Assembly (NCBI GenBank): GCA_029564765.1
Contig: JAKQPK010000023.1
Coordinates: 163,640-227,639 of the forward strand
Length of the DNA: 64,000 bases
Direction: 5' to 3'
Source of the DNA: Candidatus Omnitrophota bacterium
Lineage (GTDB): Bacteria > Omnitrophota > Gorgyraeia > Zapsychrales > Aceulaceae
Numbering within the stretch: position 1 is the first letter of the stretch; each line of letters opens with the position of its first letter. Under the pieces are notes generated by a model. The model was not told the origin of the DNA. It worked only from the letters and a program-made list of their open reading frames with translations, and made no database searches. Position numbers and translations under genes: made by a program. This document shows, one piece after another, positions 56,557-64,000 of this stretch.

Positions 56557-57515
56557 AAACCTTTCGTGTCGGTTTTGCCGCCGTAGATCTTTTTCATCGT
56601 GCGGATGTTATAACAGTTGTCTTCATCTTTAAAATGACCACCGCGATAGGCCGCGACAAGCTCTTTGATCGCGTCTTCTACACCATATTGCGGCTTGAAA
56701 CCCGTCGCCAGTAGCTTATCGGAATTCAAACGATACGAACGCGGGTCATTGGACTCTGTGACGACAATTTCCGCAGGGACGTGGCGCGCGACCATATTCG
56801 CGATATCAAGGATAGAAATATTCTCAAAGCCCGCGTTGAAGATCCCCTGCGCCTTGCTGCCCAGCTTAAGAAAGTGCAAATAAACCCCGATCATGTCTTT
56901 CATATGAATATTGGGACGTGTCTGATCGCCGCCGAACACCGTCATTCTCTTCTTCGTCAAGGCTTGAGATGTCATCATATTCACAGACACATCCAGGCGC
57001 ATGCGAGGCGAATACCCACAGACAGTTGCCGGACGAACACACTGCAGGATAATAGCACGCTGATAGCTCAAGAAAACTCGCTCGCTAATCATCTTGGTCT
57101 TGTTGTAGTCCGAAATAGGAACAAGCTCTAAGTCTTCGGTAACCTGCGGCTCTTCTTTAACACCATAAACGCTTCCAGAGCTCGCGTAGATAAATTGTCT
57201 TATCTTGTGCTTGATGGCACTTTCGATCAACAGCATCGATGCCAAGGCATTGACTTCCCACGCTAGTTTAGAGTCCAGTTCACCGCAAGGATCGTTGGCC
57301 ACATTGGCTAAATGAAAAATAACATCCACATCCTGCATCGGGACCTTGGCAATGTCTCGAATATCACCCTGAACAACTTTCAAATTCTTGTGTTCAGCCA
57401 ATACATTGCCAAACCACATGATGTCGTAAACAGTGACCCTGTGCCCTTCCTGTAAAAGGGCTTGTGTTAAAACACTGCCGATATATCCACATCCGCCTAA
57501 AACAAGTATATTCAT
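56553..57515 (-). CDS. NAD-dependent epimerase/dehydratase (extended SDR)
   Basis: ILVLGGCGYIGS is the Rossmann motif. The YNKTK segment gives the YxxxK pair. A C-terminal region typical of NDP-sugar epimerases follows. Confidence 0.8.
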   Translation of the reverse strand: MNILVLGGCGYIGSVLTQALLQEGHRVTVYDIMWFGNVLAEHKNLKVVQGDIRDIAKVPMQDVDVIFHLANVANDPCGELDSKLAWEVNALASMLLIESAIKHKIRQFIYASSGSVYGVKEEPQVTEDLELVPISDYNKTKMISERVFLSYQRAIILQCVRPATVCGYSPRMRLDVSVNMMTSQALTKKRMTVFGGDQTRPNIHMKDMIGVYLHFLKLGSKAQGIFNAGFENISILDIANMVARHVPAEIVVTESNDPRSYRLNSDKLLATGFKPQYGVEDAIKELVAAYRGGHFKDEDNCYNIRTMKKIYGGKTDTKGL

Positions 57516-57532
57516 AATTTATTCCTTGCGAA

Positions 57533-59074
57533 TTAAAAGCCAAGCAGCGTCATGCCGCCCTTTAAAAACTTATCTTTCTTAATTGAATCAGCGTTTCCGA
57601 TAATACGAACAGCCTGGGCTCCAGCCAACTGTCCCATAAATGTCGAAATATCGATCGGTAAACCCTTAATCGCAGCCAAAGAAGCCACAGAGCAAAAGGC
57701 ATCGCCTGCGCCAACAGTATCAACCACAGATTGCTCAAAAGGCATGCAAAGGCATTCGCCTTCGGAAGTCTTTAGACCGATAGTATCTGTTGCGCCCCGA
57801 GTAAGCCAGGCGTAGCGCGCGGACAACTTGCTCTTTAACTTCTTTAACTCTTCAGAAAGATTAATATTCTTGCGACCACACGCCAAAGTAAGCTCTGACT
57901 CGTCTAGTGAGAATGAATCAGCCCGATGATATTGTCTATCGATGATATTAAACCCGTGATTATAGCTGTTTGTCTGGCAATTCAATGCTAGAAAGCGCGC
58001 CTTGGATTGAACAAGTTCGCGAATCTTATGTTGCATTAACCCGTGGCCGAAATCCATAACAACAACTAGATCGTAATCTTTAATGCATTTCTCGATCAAG
58101 TCATAAACCAGATCATGGGTCCTTTGGCTTAACATTTGCTCTTCGATCACATTGATAGAAAATAACTTCGTAAGTTCTTTGCCGTCAGAGAGCGGCTCGA
58201 CAAAACGCTGCTTGATGATCGTGGTAAAATCAGGACTGCGGATAATCCCGTCTTCATCGGGGCTAATATATTTTGCAAGCTCTTCATCTACCCAAGGTTC
58301 GTCGCCCACCAAGCTAATGAGCTTGATATTTGATGTAAACTGCTGAATGTGCCGAAAAACCGCTAAAGCCCCTCCAGCCTGCGTTTGTTCAGACAAAAAC
58401 CTTGTGGAAATAATGCGGTTCTTTGAGGTGAGCCCCTGAACCTTCACCGACGAATATCGATCAAAAATGATGTCTCCAACAACAAGGACTTTAAGGTCTT
58501 TAAAACCATCAACGATCTCTCGAAATTGATCTGGCGTATATTTTTCGGCAAGCTTCTTGCAGAACTCCTTCATCTGCGGCGGATGAACATCAAAATGGTT
58601 GTTGAGCAATTTTGTTGAGCTAAAAACAACAGACCCCACGTAACGCACTTGGCCGCCTAACTTTTCTACAGTACGAATATCATCATAAATATTGCCCGTA
58701 ACATCCACGTTAGGATTTTCATACTCCTTGCCTTTGCAATAAATGTCCGGCCCAACACATTCAATGGCCTCGCACGCGGCGGGAAAAGGAACCACAACGA
58801 CATAATCAACATACTCAAGCGAGCACAAATACTTGACCCTTAATTCATCATTAAAATATGGCCGGCCGGGGCCTTTGTTAACATATTTTTCTGCTGTGAT
58901 CGTCAACACCAGAATATCTCCTAAGGCCTTGGCTTCTTCAAAATGGATAATGTGGCCGGGATGCAAAAGATCAAAGGTACCATGGCACTGAACAATCCTT
59001 TTTCCCTTGCTTCTTAGCTTTGCAAAAAAATCTTTTGCGCCTTCGAAAGAAACATGTTTTTTAGAAACAAACAT
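57533..59074 (-). CDS. Bifunctional sugar-1-phosphate nucleotidyltransferase / sugar kinase of the HldE type, with the domain order reversed (transferase N-terminal, kinase C-terminal)
   Basis: Residues ~20-150 read GKRIVQCHGTFDLLHPGHIIHFEEAK, which is the cytidylyltransferase-like HxGH motif as in HldE domain II. Residues ~190-513 form a ribokinase/PfkB-family kinase (KVLVVGDIIFDRY...DTVGAGDAF), as in HldE domain I. Confidence 0.7.
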   Translation of the reverse strand: MFVSKKHVSFEGAKDFFAKLRSKGKRIVQCHGTFDLLHPGHIIHFEEAKALGDILVLTITAEKYVNKGPGRPYFNDELRVKYLCSLEYVDYVVVVPFPAACEAIECVGPDIYCKGKEYENPNVDVTGNIYDDIRTVEKLGGQVRYVGSVVFSSTKLLNNHFDVHPPQMKEFCKKLAEKYTPDQFREIVDGFKDLKVLVVGDIIFDRYSSVKVQGLTSKNRIISTRFLSEQTQAGGALAVFRHIQQFTSNIKLISLVGDEPWVDEELAKYISPDEDGIIRSPDFTTIIKQRFVEPLSDGKELTKLFSINVIEEQMLSQRTHDLVYDLIEKCIKDYDLVVVMDFGHGLMQHKIRELVQSKARFLALNCQTNSYNHGFNIIDRQYHRADSFSLDESELTLACGRKNINLSEELKKLKSKLSARYAWLTRGATDTIGLKTSEGECLCMPFEQSVVDTVGAGDAFCSVASLAAIKGLPIDISTFMGQLAGAQAVRIIGNADSIKKDKFLKGGMTLLGF

Positions 59075-59113
59075 TTTTACTCCTTTTAAAAATTTCTGCC
59101 CGTAAACATTTCG

Positions 59114-60109
59114 CTATGGCTTGTGGATATAGTCCATTGGCTGTTTCTTAAGCTCATCGATGTTGTCCTGAGCCCACTGAACGGTCTCGCGAATACCTTC
59201 CTCCAGCTTAATGTGATCCTTCCAGCCCAGCTCCCCACGCAACTTACTACTATCTAATAGATAAGCGGCGTCTTTGCCAGGGCGGTCGTCAACGACCTCA
59301 ACGGCCTCAGAAAGATCTTTGTTCATCATGTCGCAGATCAGCCTTACTGCATCCTTGATCGCGATGTGTCTATCTGTGGCGATATGATATGTCTGGCCAT
59401 TCTGCCCTTGGCGCATGATCTTCAATGTTGCTTCTGAGACATCACGAATATGAATAAATGAACGAACCGAATGGCCTCCCCCATGCAACTGCAGCTTTCT
59501 GCCAAGCATCAAAAAAAGGATCGTCCTTGGAATAATGCGGTATAGCTGTTGTCCAGGGCCATACACATTAGCCGCGCGTGTAAAGACAACCGGGAACTGA
59601 TATTGCCTGAATAAGACCCTCAAATGAAAATCACCCGCGGCCCTTGAAACCGCATAAGGTGTGCTTGGATTAAAAAAGTGATCCTCGGTCACGTCTCCTG
59701 CGCAGCTGCCATACACTTCCGGTGTTGAAACATGAACGTATCTTTTTAGAAAACGAAAATGCCTTATTCTCTCACAAAACATTGCGATCCCCAAAATGTT
59801 GGTTCGGTACCAATGCTCCGGATGCTCCCAGCTTTGAGCGACCATCGACTGTGAAGCAAAATTGACAAGATAGTCCGGCTGGAACTTCTCGATCGTATCC
59901 GCCATCCGATCAAGGTCATGATTGATATCACCACGATCAAATCGAAAAGTGCTGGACTTTCTCATATTCCACTTGTATGGCAGAAAAACATCAGCCGGCT
60001 CGTCGGATCGACTTATACCAAGAACATCTAATCCCTCGTCAAGGCACTGAGCAGCAAAGCTTGCTCCAGAAAAAGAATTACTTCCTAAAATAACTATCTT
60101 TTCAGCCAT
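59114..60109 (-). CDS. NDP-sugar 4,6-dehydratase-like extended SDR, with an atypical cofactor motif and catalytic site
   Basis: 331 aa. The Rossmann motif reads ILGSNSFSGASF (GxxSxxG rather than GxxGxxG). The catalytic segment STPYAVSRAAGD aligns with RmlB PYSASKASSD, so the usual Lys is Arg. That codon reads AGG at 59642-59644. Confidence 0.6.
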   Translation of the reverse strand: MAEKIVILGSNSFSGASFAAQCLDEGLDVLGISRSDEPADVFLPYKWNMRKSSTFRFDRGDINHDLDRMADTIEKFQPDYLVNFASQSMVAQSWEHPEHWYRTNILGIAMFCERIRHFRFLKRYVHVSTPEVYGSCAGDVTEDHFFNPSTPYAVSRAAGDFHLRVLFRQYQFPVVFTRAANVYGPGQQLYRIIPRTILFLMLGRKLQLHGGGHSVRSFIHIRDVSEATLKIMRQGQNGQTYHIATDRHIAIKDAVRLICDMMNKDLSEAVEVVDDRPGKDAAYLLDSSKLRGELGWKDHIKLEEGIRETVQWAQDNIDELKKQPMDYIHKP

Positions 60110-60116
60110 TTTTCAC

Positions 60117-60695
60117 TCAATGGGTTAGCGTAGTGACAACTGTATCCAAAAGGCAATGACATATCGAATGGTGCAAAACTTCAACAATACCAAAAGACGA
60201 AAAAGGTACATAAAAATTTACATCGCCCAAGGAGCAAAGAGGATTGCTCTTTTTAAATCCGGACAACGTGATCACGCGGCATCCTTTCATGATGCCCATC
60301 TGAACAGCTTTTAAAATATTTTTTGACTGTCCAGAGCTGCTGATCGCCACAATAATATCTCCGCGATTCGCGAACATCTCAATAGGTTTTTCAAATACAT
60401 GCTCATAACCAAAATCATTGGAAATGCATGTCAAAAGCGCGGCGTCGTTTAAAGCCATCGCCCTTACTTTGCCGTTCTTCCAGAAATCCGTTGCCATGTG
60501 GCTCGCGATTGAAGCGCTCGCGCCATTTCCTATAAAGATCATTTTTCTGCCATTCTTTCTGCAGACACAGATCAGGCGGACAGATCGTTCAAGGCCTTGC
60601 TGTAAGCTTAAATATCTTCCCTGAGAGTCTTTGGCTGACATCTTTTCTGTCAAGGCCCTTAAGGTCTCGTAATAGGAATTAATTTTATTTTCCAT
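60117..60695 (-). CDS. gmhA: Sedoheptulose-7-phosphate isomerase (SIS domain, GmhA)
   Basis: 192 aa with the SIS fold. The conserved segments are FIGNGASASIASHMATDF and VAISSSGQSKNIL. Confidence 0.8.
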   Translation of the reverse strand: MENKINSYYETLRALTEKMSAKDSQGRYLSLQQGLERSVRLICVCRKNGRKMIFIGNGASASIASHMATDFWKNGKVRAMALNDAALLTCISNDFGYEHVFEKPIEMFANRGDIIVAISSSGQSKNILKAVQMGIMKGCRVITLSGFKKSNPLCSLGDVNFYVPFSSFGIVEVLHHSICHCLLDTVVTTLTH

Positions 60696-60733
60696 GTCTT
60701 CTCGCTACTTTTGTTTAAGGCTAGTCTAGGCTT

Positions 60734-61960
60734 TTATTTCTTGATAACTACACCGGGAATCAAAGTAACAAACTTTCCTCCCCATTTACGGATAAAAGAC
60801 ATCTGCTCCATAACTTCTTCTTTGATGTTCCAAGGCAAAATTATAACATAATCTGGTTTAGTTTTGCGGATTCGCTCAGGCTTATCAATAAAAATATGCG
60901 TTCCTGGCAAATAATGGCCTTGCTTATGCGGGCTTCGGTCTACCGTATAATCAATGAAATCATTTCGAACTCCACAATAATTAAGCAAGGTATTACCTTT
61001 TGCCGGAGCACCATAGCCGACGACAACCTTTTTTTCTCTCTTAGCTTTAATAAGAAAATCAAGAATGTCTCGTTTCGCCGCTTTTACCTTCTGTTTAAAA
61101 TCAAGATAAAGATCTAAACAAGCATATCCTGCATCGACTTCTTCTTTCTTTAATTCTGAAACACGGGATGATATCTTTTTTTTCTTATTGTCGCGATGCT
61201 TAGCGTAAATTCGCAATGAGCCGCCGTGCGTGGGTAGCTCTTCTACATCAAAAATACTCAGCCCATGAGCCTCGAAGATTTTTGTAACAGTAATAAAAGA
61301 AAAATAAGAAAAATGTTCATGGTATATCGTGTCAAATTGATTTCCCTCGACTAATCGGACCAAATGAGGAAACTCCATCGTGATAATGCCGTCTGGCTTC
61401 AAAAGAATCTTCAGTCCTTCCACGAAATCATTAAGATCAGGAACATGCGCTAATACATTATTTCCGAGTAAAAGGTCTGCAGACTTACCTTCTGCCAATA
61501 AGCGCTTTGCCGTTTCTACCCCAAAAAATGTACTTTCGGTGGGAATTCCTTTTTGCCGTGCAACTTTTGCCACATTACGTGCAGGCTCAACGCCTAGGAC
61601 AGGAACTCCTTTTTTTACGAAATACTGAAGAAGATATCCGTCATTGCTTGCAATTTCGATAACTTGGGATGATTTGTTAATGCCAAAAAGCTTAGCCATC
61701 TTATCAACATATTCTTCAGAGTGCTTTAGCCAAGTGTCAGAATAGGAAGAAAAATAAGCATAATCGCTAAAGATGTTGTCAGGACTTTCAAATTGCTGCA
61801 GCTGAACCAGGAAGCATCTTTCACAAACAAATACATCCAAAGGATAGAAATTTTCCTTATTGCACAATTGCTCTTTGCGCAAATATACATTAGAAAAAGG
61901 CGATGAGCCCAAAGAAACAAAAAGATGACTAAGCTCTGTATTGCAAAATCTACATTTCAC
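60734..61960 (-). CDS. NDP-hexose C-methyltransferase (TylCIII / EryBIII-like three-domain family)
   Basis: An N-terminal Cys4 zinc ribbon (CRFCNTEL...CERC) is followed by the SAM motif I VIEIASNDGYLL. The C-terminal domain is as in sugar 3-C-methyltransferases. It overlaps rfbG by 4 nt. Confidence 0.7.
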   Translation of the reverse strand: MKCRFCNTELSHLFVSLGSSPFSNVYLRKEQLCNKENFYPLDVFVCERCFLVQLQQFESPDNIFSDYAYFSSYSDTWLKHSEEYVDKMAKLFGINKSSQVIEIASNDGYLLQYFVKKGVPVLGVEPARNVAKVARQKGIPTESTFFGVETAKRLLAEGKSADLLLGNNVLAHVPDLNDFVEGLKILLKPDGIITMEFPHLVRLVEGNQFDTIYHEHFSYFSFITVTKIFEAHGLSIFDVEELPTHGGSLRIYAKHRDNKKKKISSRVSELKKEEVDAGYACLDLYLDFKQKVKAAKRDILDFLIKAKREKKVVVGYGAPAKGNTLLNYCGVRNDFIDYTVDRSPHKQGHYLPGTHIFIDKPERIRKTKPDYVIILPWNIKEEVMEQMSFIRKWGGKFVTLIPGVVIKK

Positions 61961-62976
61961 TTTTGTCCGTCCCGCTCCCGTATATTACATCTCATCCACA
62001 TAACTGTTTGACGCAATCCCTTTTCAATCCTATATTGTACCCGCCAACCCAAAACCTTTCTTGCCTTATGTGATGCCAGATACTGATGCTTTATTTCATA
62101 TTTTGCCTGATCTAAAATCTTGTAGTCAATCTGTTTTTCTAAAATCCTGCTTACACTGTTAACGAGATCCAAAACGGTGATAGGATTTTCATCGCTGAAA
62201 TTAAATGCTTCTCCACCTAAATCTAATTTCTTTAACTTCTCAGCTAACAGAATATAACCATTGGCAATATCATCAACATACACATAATCTCGGGTGAACT
62301 TTCCATCGCTGCGGATCAAAAGTGTTTTACCAGTAAGCGCACACTTAATCGCATCTGGAATTATACGAGATAAGTTGAAATCACCAGGTCCGAAAATATT
62401 GCCGCAACGAGTAATCGCAACAGGTAAATCATATGTATGAGCATAAGTATAAGCAATGAGATCAGCACAGCTTTTAGAAACATCGTAAGGATGGTTTGCC
62501 ATAAGGGGCATATCTTCTTGATAAGGAAGCTTTTTATGACACCCATAAGCTTTATCGCTTGAAGCAACTACGAGTGCCTCTATTTTTCCATATTGTCGCG
62601 CCGCTTCTAAAACTGTCCATGTCCCCTTGATATTTGATTCAAATGCCCTAAGAGGTTTTTGCTGGCTTGCGCCAACAATGGCTTCAGCGGCTAAATGAAA
62701 AATAACATCGATTGAATGTTTTTGTAGGATTTTCCTAACAAGAGCATAGTTTGCGACATTTCCTTTATAAACTTTCATTCTTTTGTAATCCGAAGACAAA
62801 AGGATCGTTGTCTTGCGATAAGTTTTGATATCAAGACCGACAACTTCTGCCTTTGTTGTCAAAAGCATTTTAGTCAAATGGGAGCCTAAAAAACCTTCAA
62901 AGCCTGTAATTAATACTTTCTTATTTTTCCAAAAATTCTTATTCATAAAATTATTTATATTTACCAAACTTTCCAA
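61957..62976 (-). CDS. rfbG: CDP-glucose 4,6-dehydratase
   Basis: FWKNKKVLITGFEGFLGSHL is the RfbG N-terminal signature, and YDVSK gives the YxxxK pair. The true start may be the internal MNKNFW at 62946. Confidence 0.85.
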   Translation of the reverse strand: MESLVNINNFMNKNFWKNKKVLITGFEGFLGSHLTKMLLTTKAEVVGLDIKTYRKTTILLSSDYKRMKVYKGNVANYALVRKILQKHSIDVIFHLAAEAIVGASQQKPLRAFESNIKGTWTVLEAARQYGKIEALVVASSDKAYGCHKKLPYQEDMPLMANHPYDVSKSCADLIAYTYAHTYDLPVAITRCGNIFGPGDFNLSRIIPDAIKCALTGKTLLIRSDGKFTRDYVYVDDIANGYILLAEKLKKLDLGGEAFNFSDENPITVLDLVNSVSRILEKQIDYKILDQAKYEIKHQYLASHKARKVLGWRVQYRIEKGLRQTVMWMRCNIRERDGQK

Positions 62977-63731
62977 GGTGCGTTATTTGCATCCCACATT
63001 TGCTCCAGCTCAATCTTATCCCTTAGTGTATCCATGCACCTCCAGAAACCTTTATGCTTATAAGCATTTAGCTGCTTTTCTTTTGCAAGGTTTTCCAAGG
63101 GTTCTTTTTCCCAAACGGTCGAATCATCTTTCAAGTATTCAAATATTTCTGGTTTGAGAGTAAAGAAGCCACCGCTGATCCAAAGCTTGTCACCTTTAGG
63201 TTTTTCAAGAAACGACCCAACTTCATCGAATTCTGTGACATCAAGAGCGCCAAATCGGCCAGCCTGCTGCACTGCAGTCGTTGTTGCAAGCTTACCACTC
63301 TTCTCATGGAACTCTAAAGATTCCTTGATATTGATATCACCTATGCCATCTCCATAGGTAAGCATGAAAAGCTCATCGCCAATATATTTTCTGATCCGCC
63401 TGATGCGACCGCCTGTTTCCGTATTTAATCCGGTATCGATAAGGGTAACCTTCCAGGGCTCGGCTTTTGAGCCCAACACTTCCATTTTATTTTTTTCTAA
63501 ATCAAGGGTAATGTCTGCAGAATGAAGAAAATAATTCGCAAAATACTCTTTAATCACATAACCCTTGTATCCTAAACAGATTATAAAATCATTGAAGCCA
63601 TAGTAAGAATAGATCTTCATGATATGCCAAATGATAGGTTTCCCGCCAATTTCTACCATTGGTTTTGGGATACTCGTCGTTTCTTCGGTAATTCGTGTTC
63701 CTCTGCCGCCAGCTAAAATGACTACTTTCAT
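62961..63731 (-). CDS. rfbF: Glucose-1-phosphate cytidylyltransferase
   Basis: The N-terminus MKVVILAGGRGTRITEETTSIPKPMVEIGGKPIIWHIM is the RfbF signature. Confidence 0.9.
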   Translation of the reverse strand: MKVVILAGGRGTRITEETTSIPKPMVEIGGKPIIWHIMKIYSYYGFNDFIICLGYKGYVIKEYFANYFLHSADITLDLEKNKMEVLGSKAEPWKVTLIDTGLNTETGGRIRRIRKYIGDELFMLTYGDGIGDINIKESLEFHEKSGKLATTTAVQQAGRFGALDVTEFDEVGSFLEKPKGDKLWISGGFFTLKPEIFEYLKDDSTVWEKEPLENLAKEKQLNAYKHKGFWRCMDTLRDKIELEQMWDANNAPWKVW

Positions 63732-63762
63732 GAGCCCCTCCCGCCGTCCTTAACTCAAATAT

Positions 63763-64000
63763 TCATCTTAATTTTATGTTCTTTAACCAGCTTTTATTAT
63801 TAACATACCAAGCAACCGTACGATTGATCCCCTCATCCAGACTGACTTTTGGTGTCCAGCCAAGGGTTTTCCGAGCAACGCCGATATCCGCCCAAGTGGC
63901 TTTGATATCAGCGATATGAAACGGCTTATAAATAAATTTCGCTTTCTTCCCAAGGTTCTTTTCAATAAGACGGATCATGTAGTTTAATTGATACGGGTCA
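63763..64000 (-). CDS. C-terminal part of an NAD-dependent sugar epimerase (GalE/WbpP-like); the 5' end lies beyond the window
   Basis: The sequence ...DPYQLNYMIRLIEKNLGKKAKFIYKPFHIADIKATWADIGVARKTLGWTPKVSLDEGINRTVAWY matches the epimerase C-terminal pattern (GDv..T.ADi.KA...LGw.P...l.eGl..tv.Wy). The frame stays open upstream of the track's ATG at 63978. Confidence 0.55.
   Translation of the reverse strand, partial: DPYQLNYMIRLIEKNLGKKAKFIYKPFHIADIKATWADIGVARKTLGWTPKVSLDEGINRTVAWYVNNKSWLKNIKLR

Noticed and set aside
62825-63157. 110-aa plus-strand ORF spanning the rfbG/rfbF junction
   Set aside because: It is antisense to two confident CDSs.
1-64000. CRISPR arrays, tRNA/rRNA genes, transposases, integrases, toxin-antitoxin pairs
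   Set aside because: I looked for regularly spaced identical repeats, cloverleaf-sized intergenic gaps and the DDE/tyrosine-recombinase motifs in the ORF translations, and found none. The only repeat structures seen are the ones reported above.

Overview
The window is a 64-kb bacterial chromosomal segment, mostly coding and mostly on the minus strand. No rRNA, tRNA, CRISPR array, transposase or integrase was recognised. By product, it reads in these blocks. (1) 1-8993: a complete type IV pilus operon. In order: PilZ, PilB, PilC, pilin, a fused PilM-PilN, PilO, PilP, PilQ secretin, and a large pseudopilin that runs off the window start. (2) 9006-12886: SMC, an acyl carrier protein and a small excisionase-family HTH protein. 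This is followed by a 550-bp AT-rich intergenic region carrying 10-bp-phased TTACAT repeats. (3) 13438-16567, plus strand: acyl-CoA dehydrogenase with EtfB and a ferredoxin-fused EtfA, then a clean bidirectional terminator. (4) 16649-28252: glgC, a TPR-containing GT-C-like membrane protein, an oppABCDF-type ABC transporter, and secG-tpiA-pgk. (5) 28391-64000+: a polysaccharide or glycoconjugate locus of roughly 35 kb that continues past the window end. It encodes PglC-like and CapD/PglF-like priming enzymes, two tandem Wzy_C (O-antigen ligase / O-oligosaccharyltransferase family) paralogs, several GT2/GT4 transferases, a Wzx-like flippase and AsnB. Its most unusual part is a deoxy/branched-sugar toolbox that is dense for a single glycan locus: CDP-glucose synthesis and 4,6-dehydration (RfbF/RfbG), a TylCIII-type C-methyltransferase, a YerE-like TPP enzyme, an E1alpha/E1beta TPP pair, a cobalamin-dependent radical SAM enzyme, three further methyltransferases, and a heptose module (GmhA, a domain-swapped HldE-like kinase/nucleotidyltransferase, and a 4,6-dehydratase-like SDR). 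The item most worth follow-up is a chimeric predicted nuclease: a YhcG-type DUF1016 N-terminal domain fused to a staphylococcal-nuclease (SNase) domain. It sits between the CapD-like and PglC-like genes and is bracketed by imperfect ~35-bp direct repeats and CTAAAT-rich microsatellite-like DNA. A second hypothesis worth testing is that the Wzy_C paralogs, together with the pgl-like priming enzymes and the nearby pilin with a Thr-rich C-terminus, form a pilin O-glycosylation system. All calls rest on reading the supplied ORF translations and the DNA for motifs I recognise. No database search was run.
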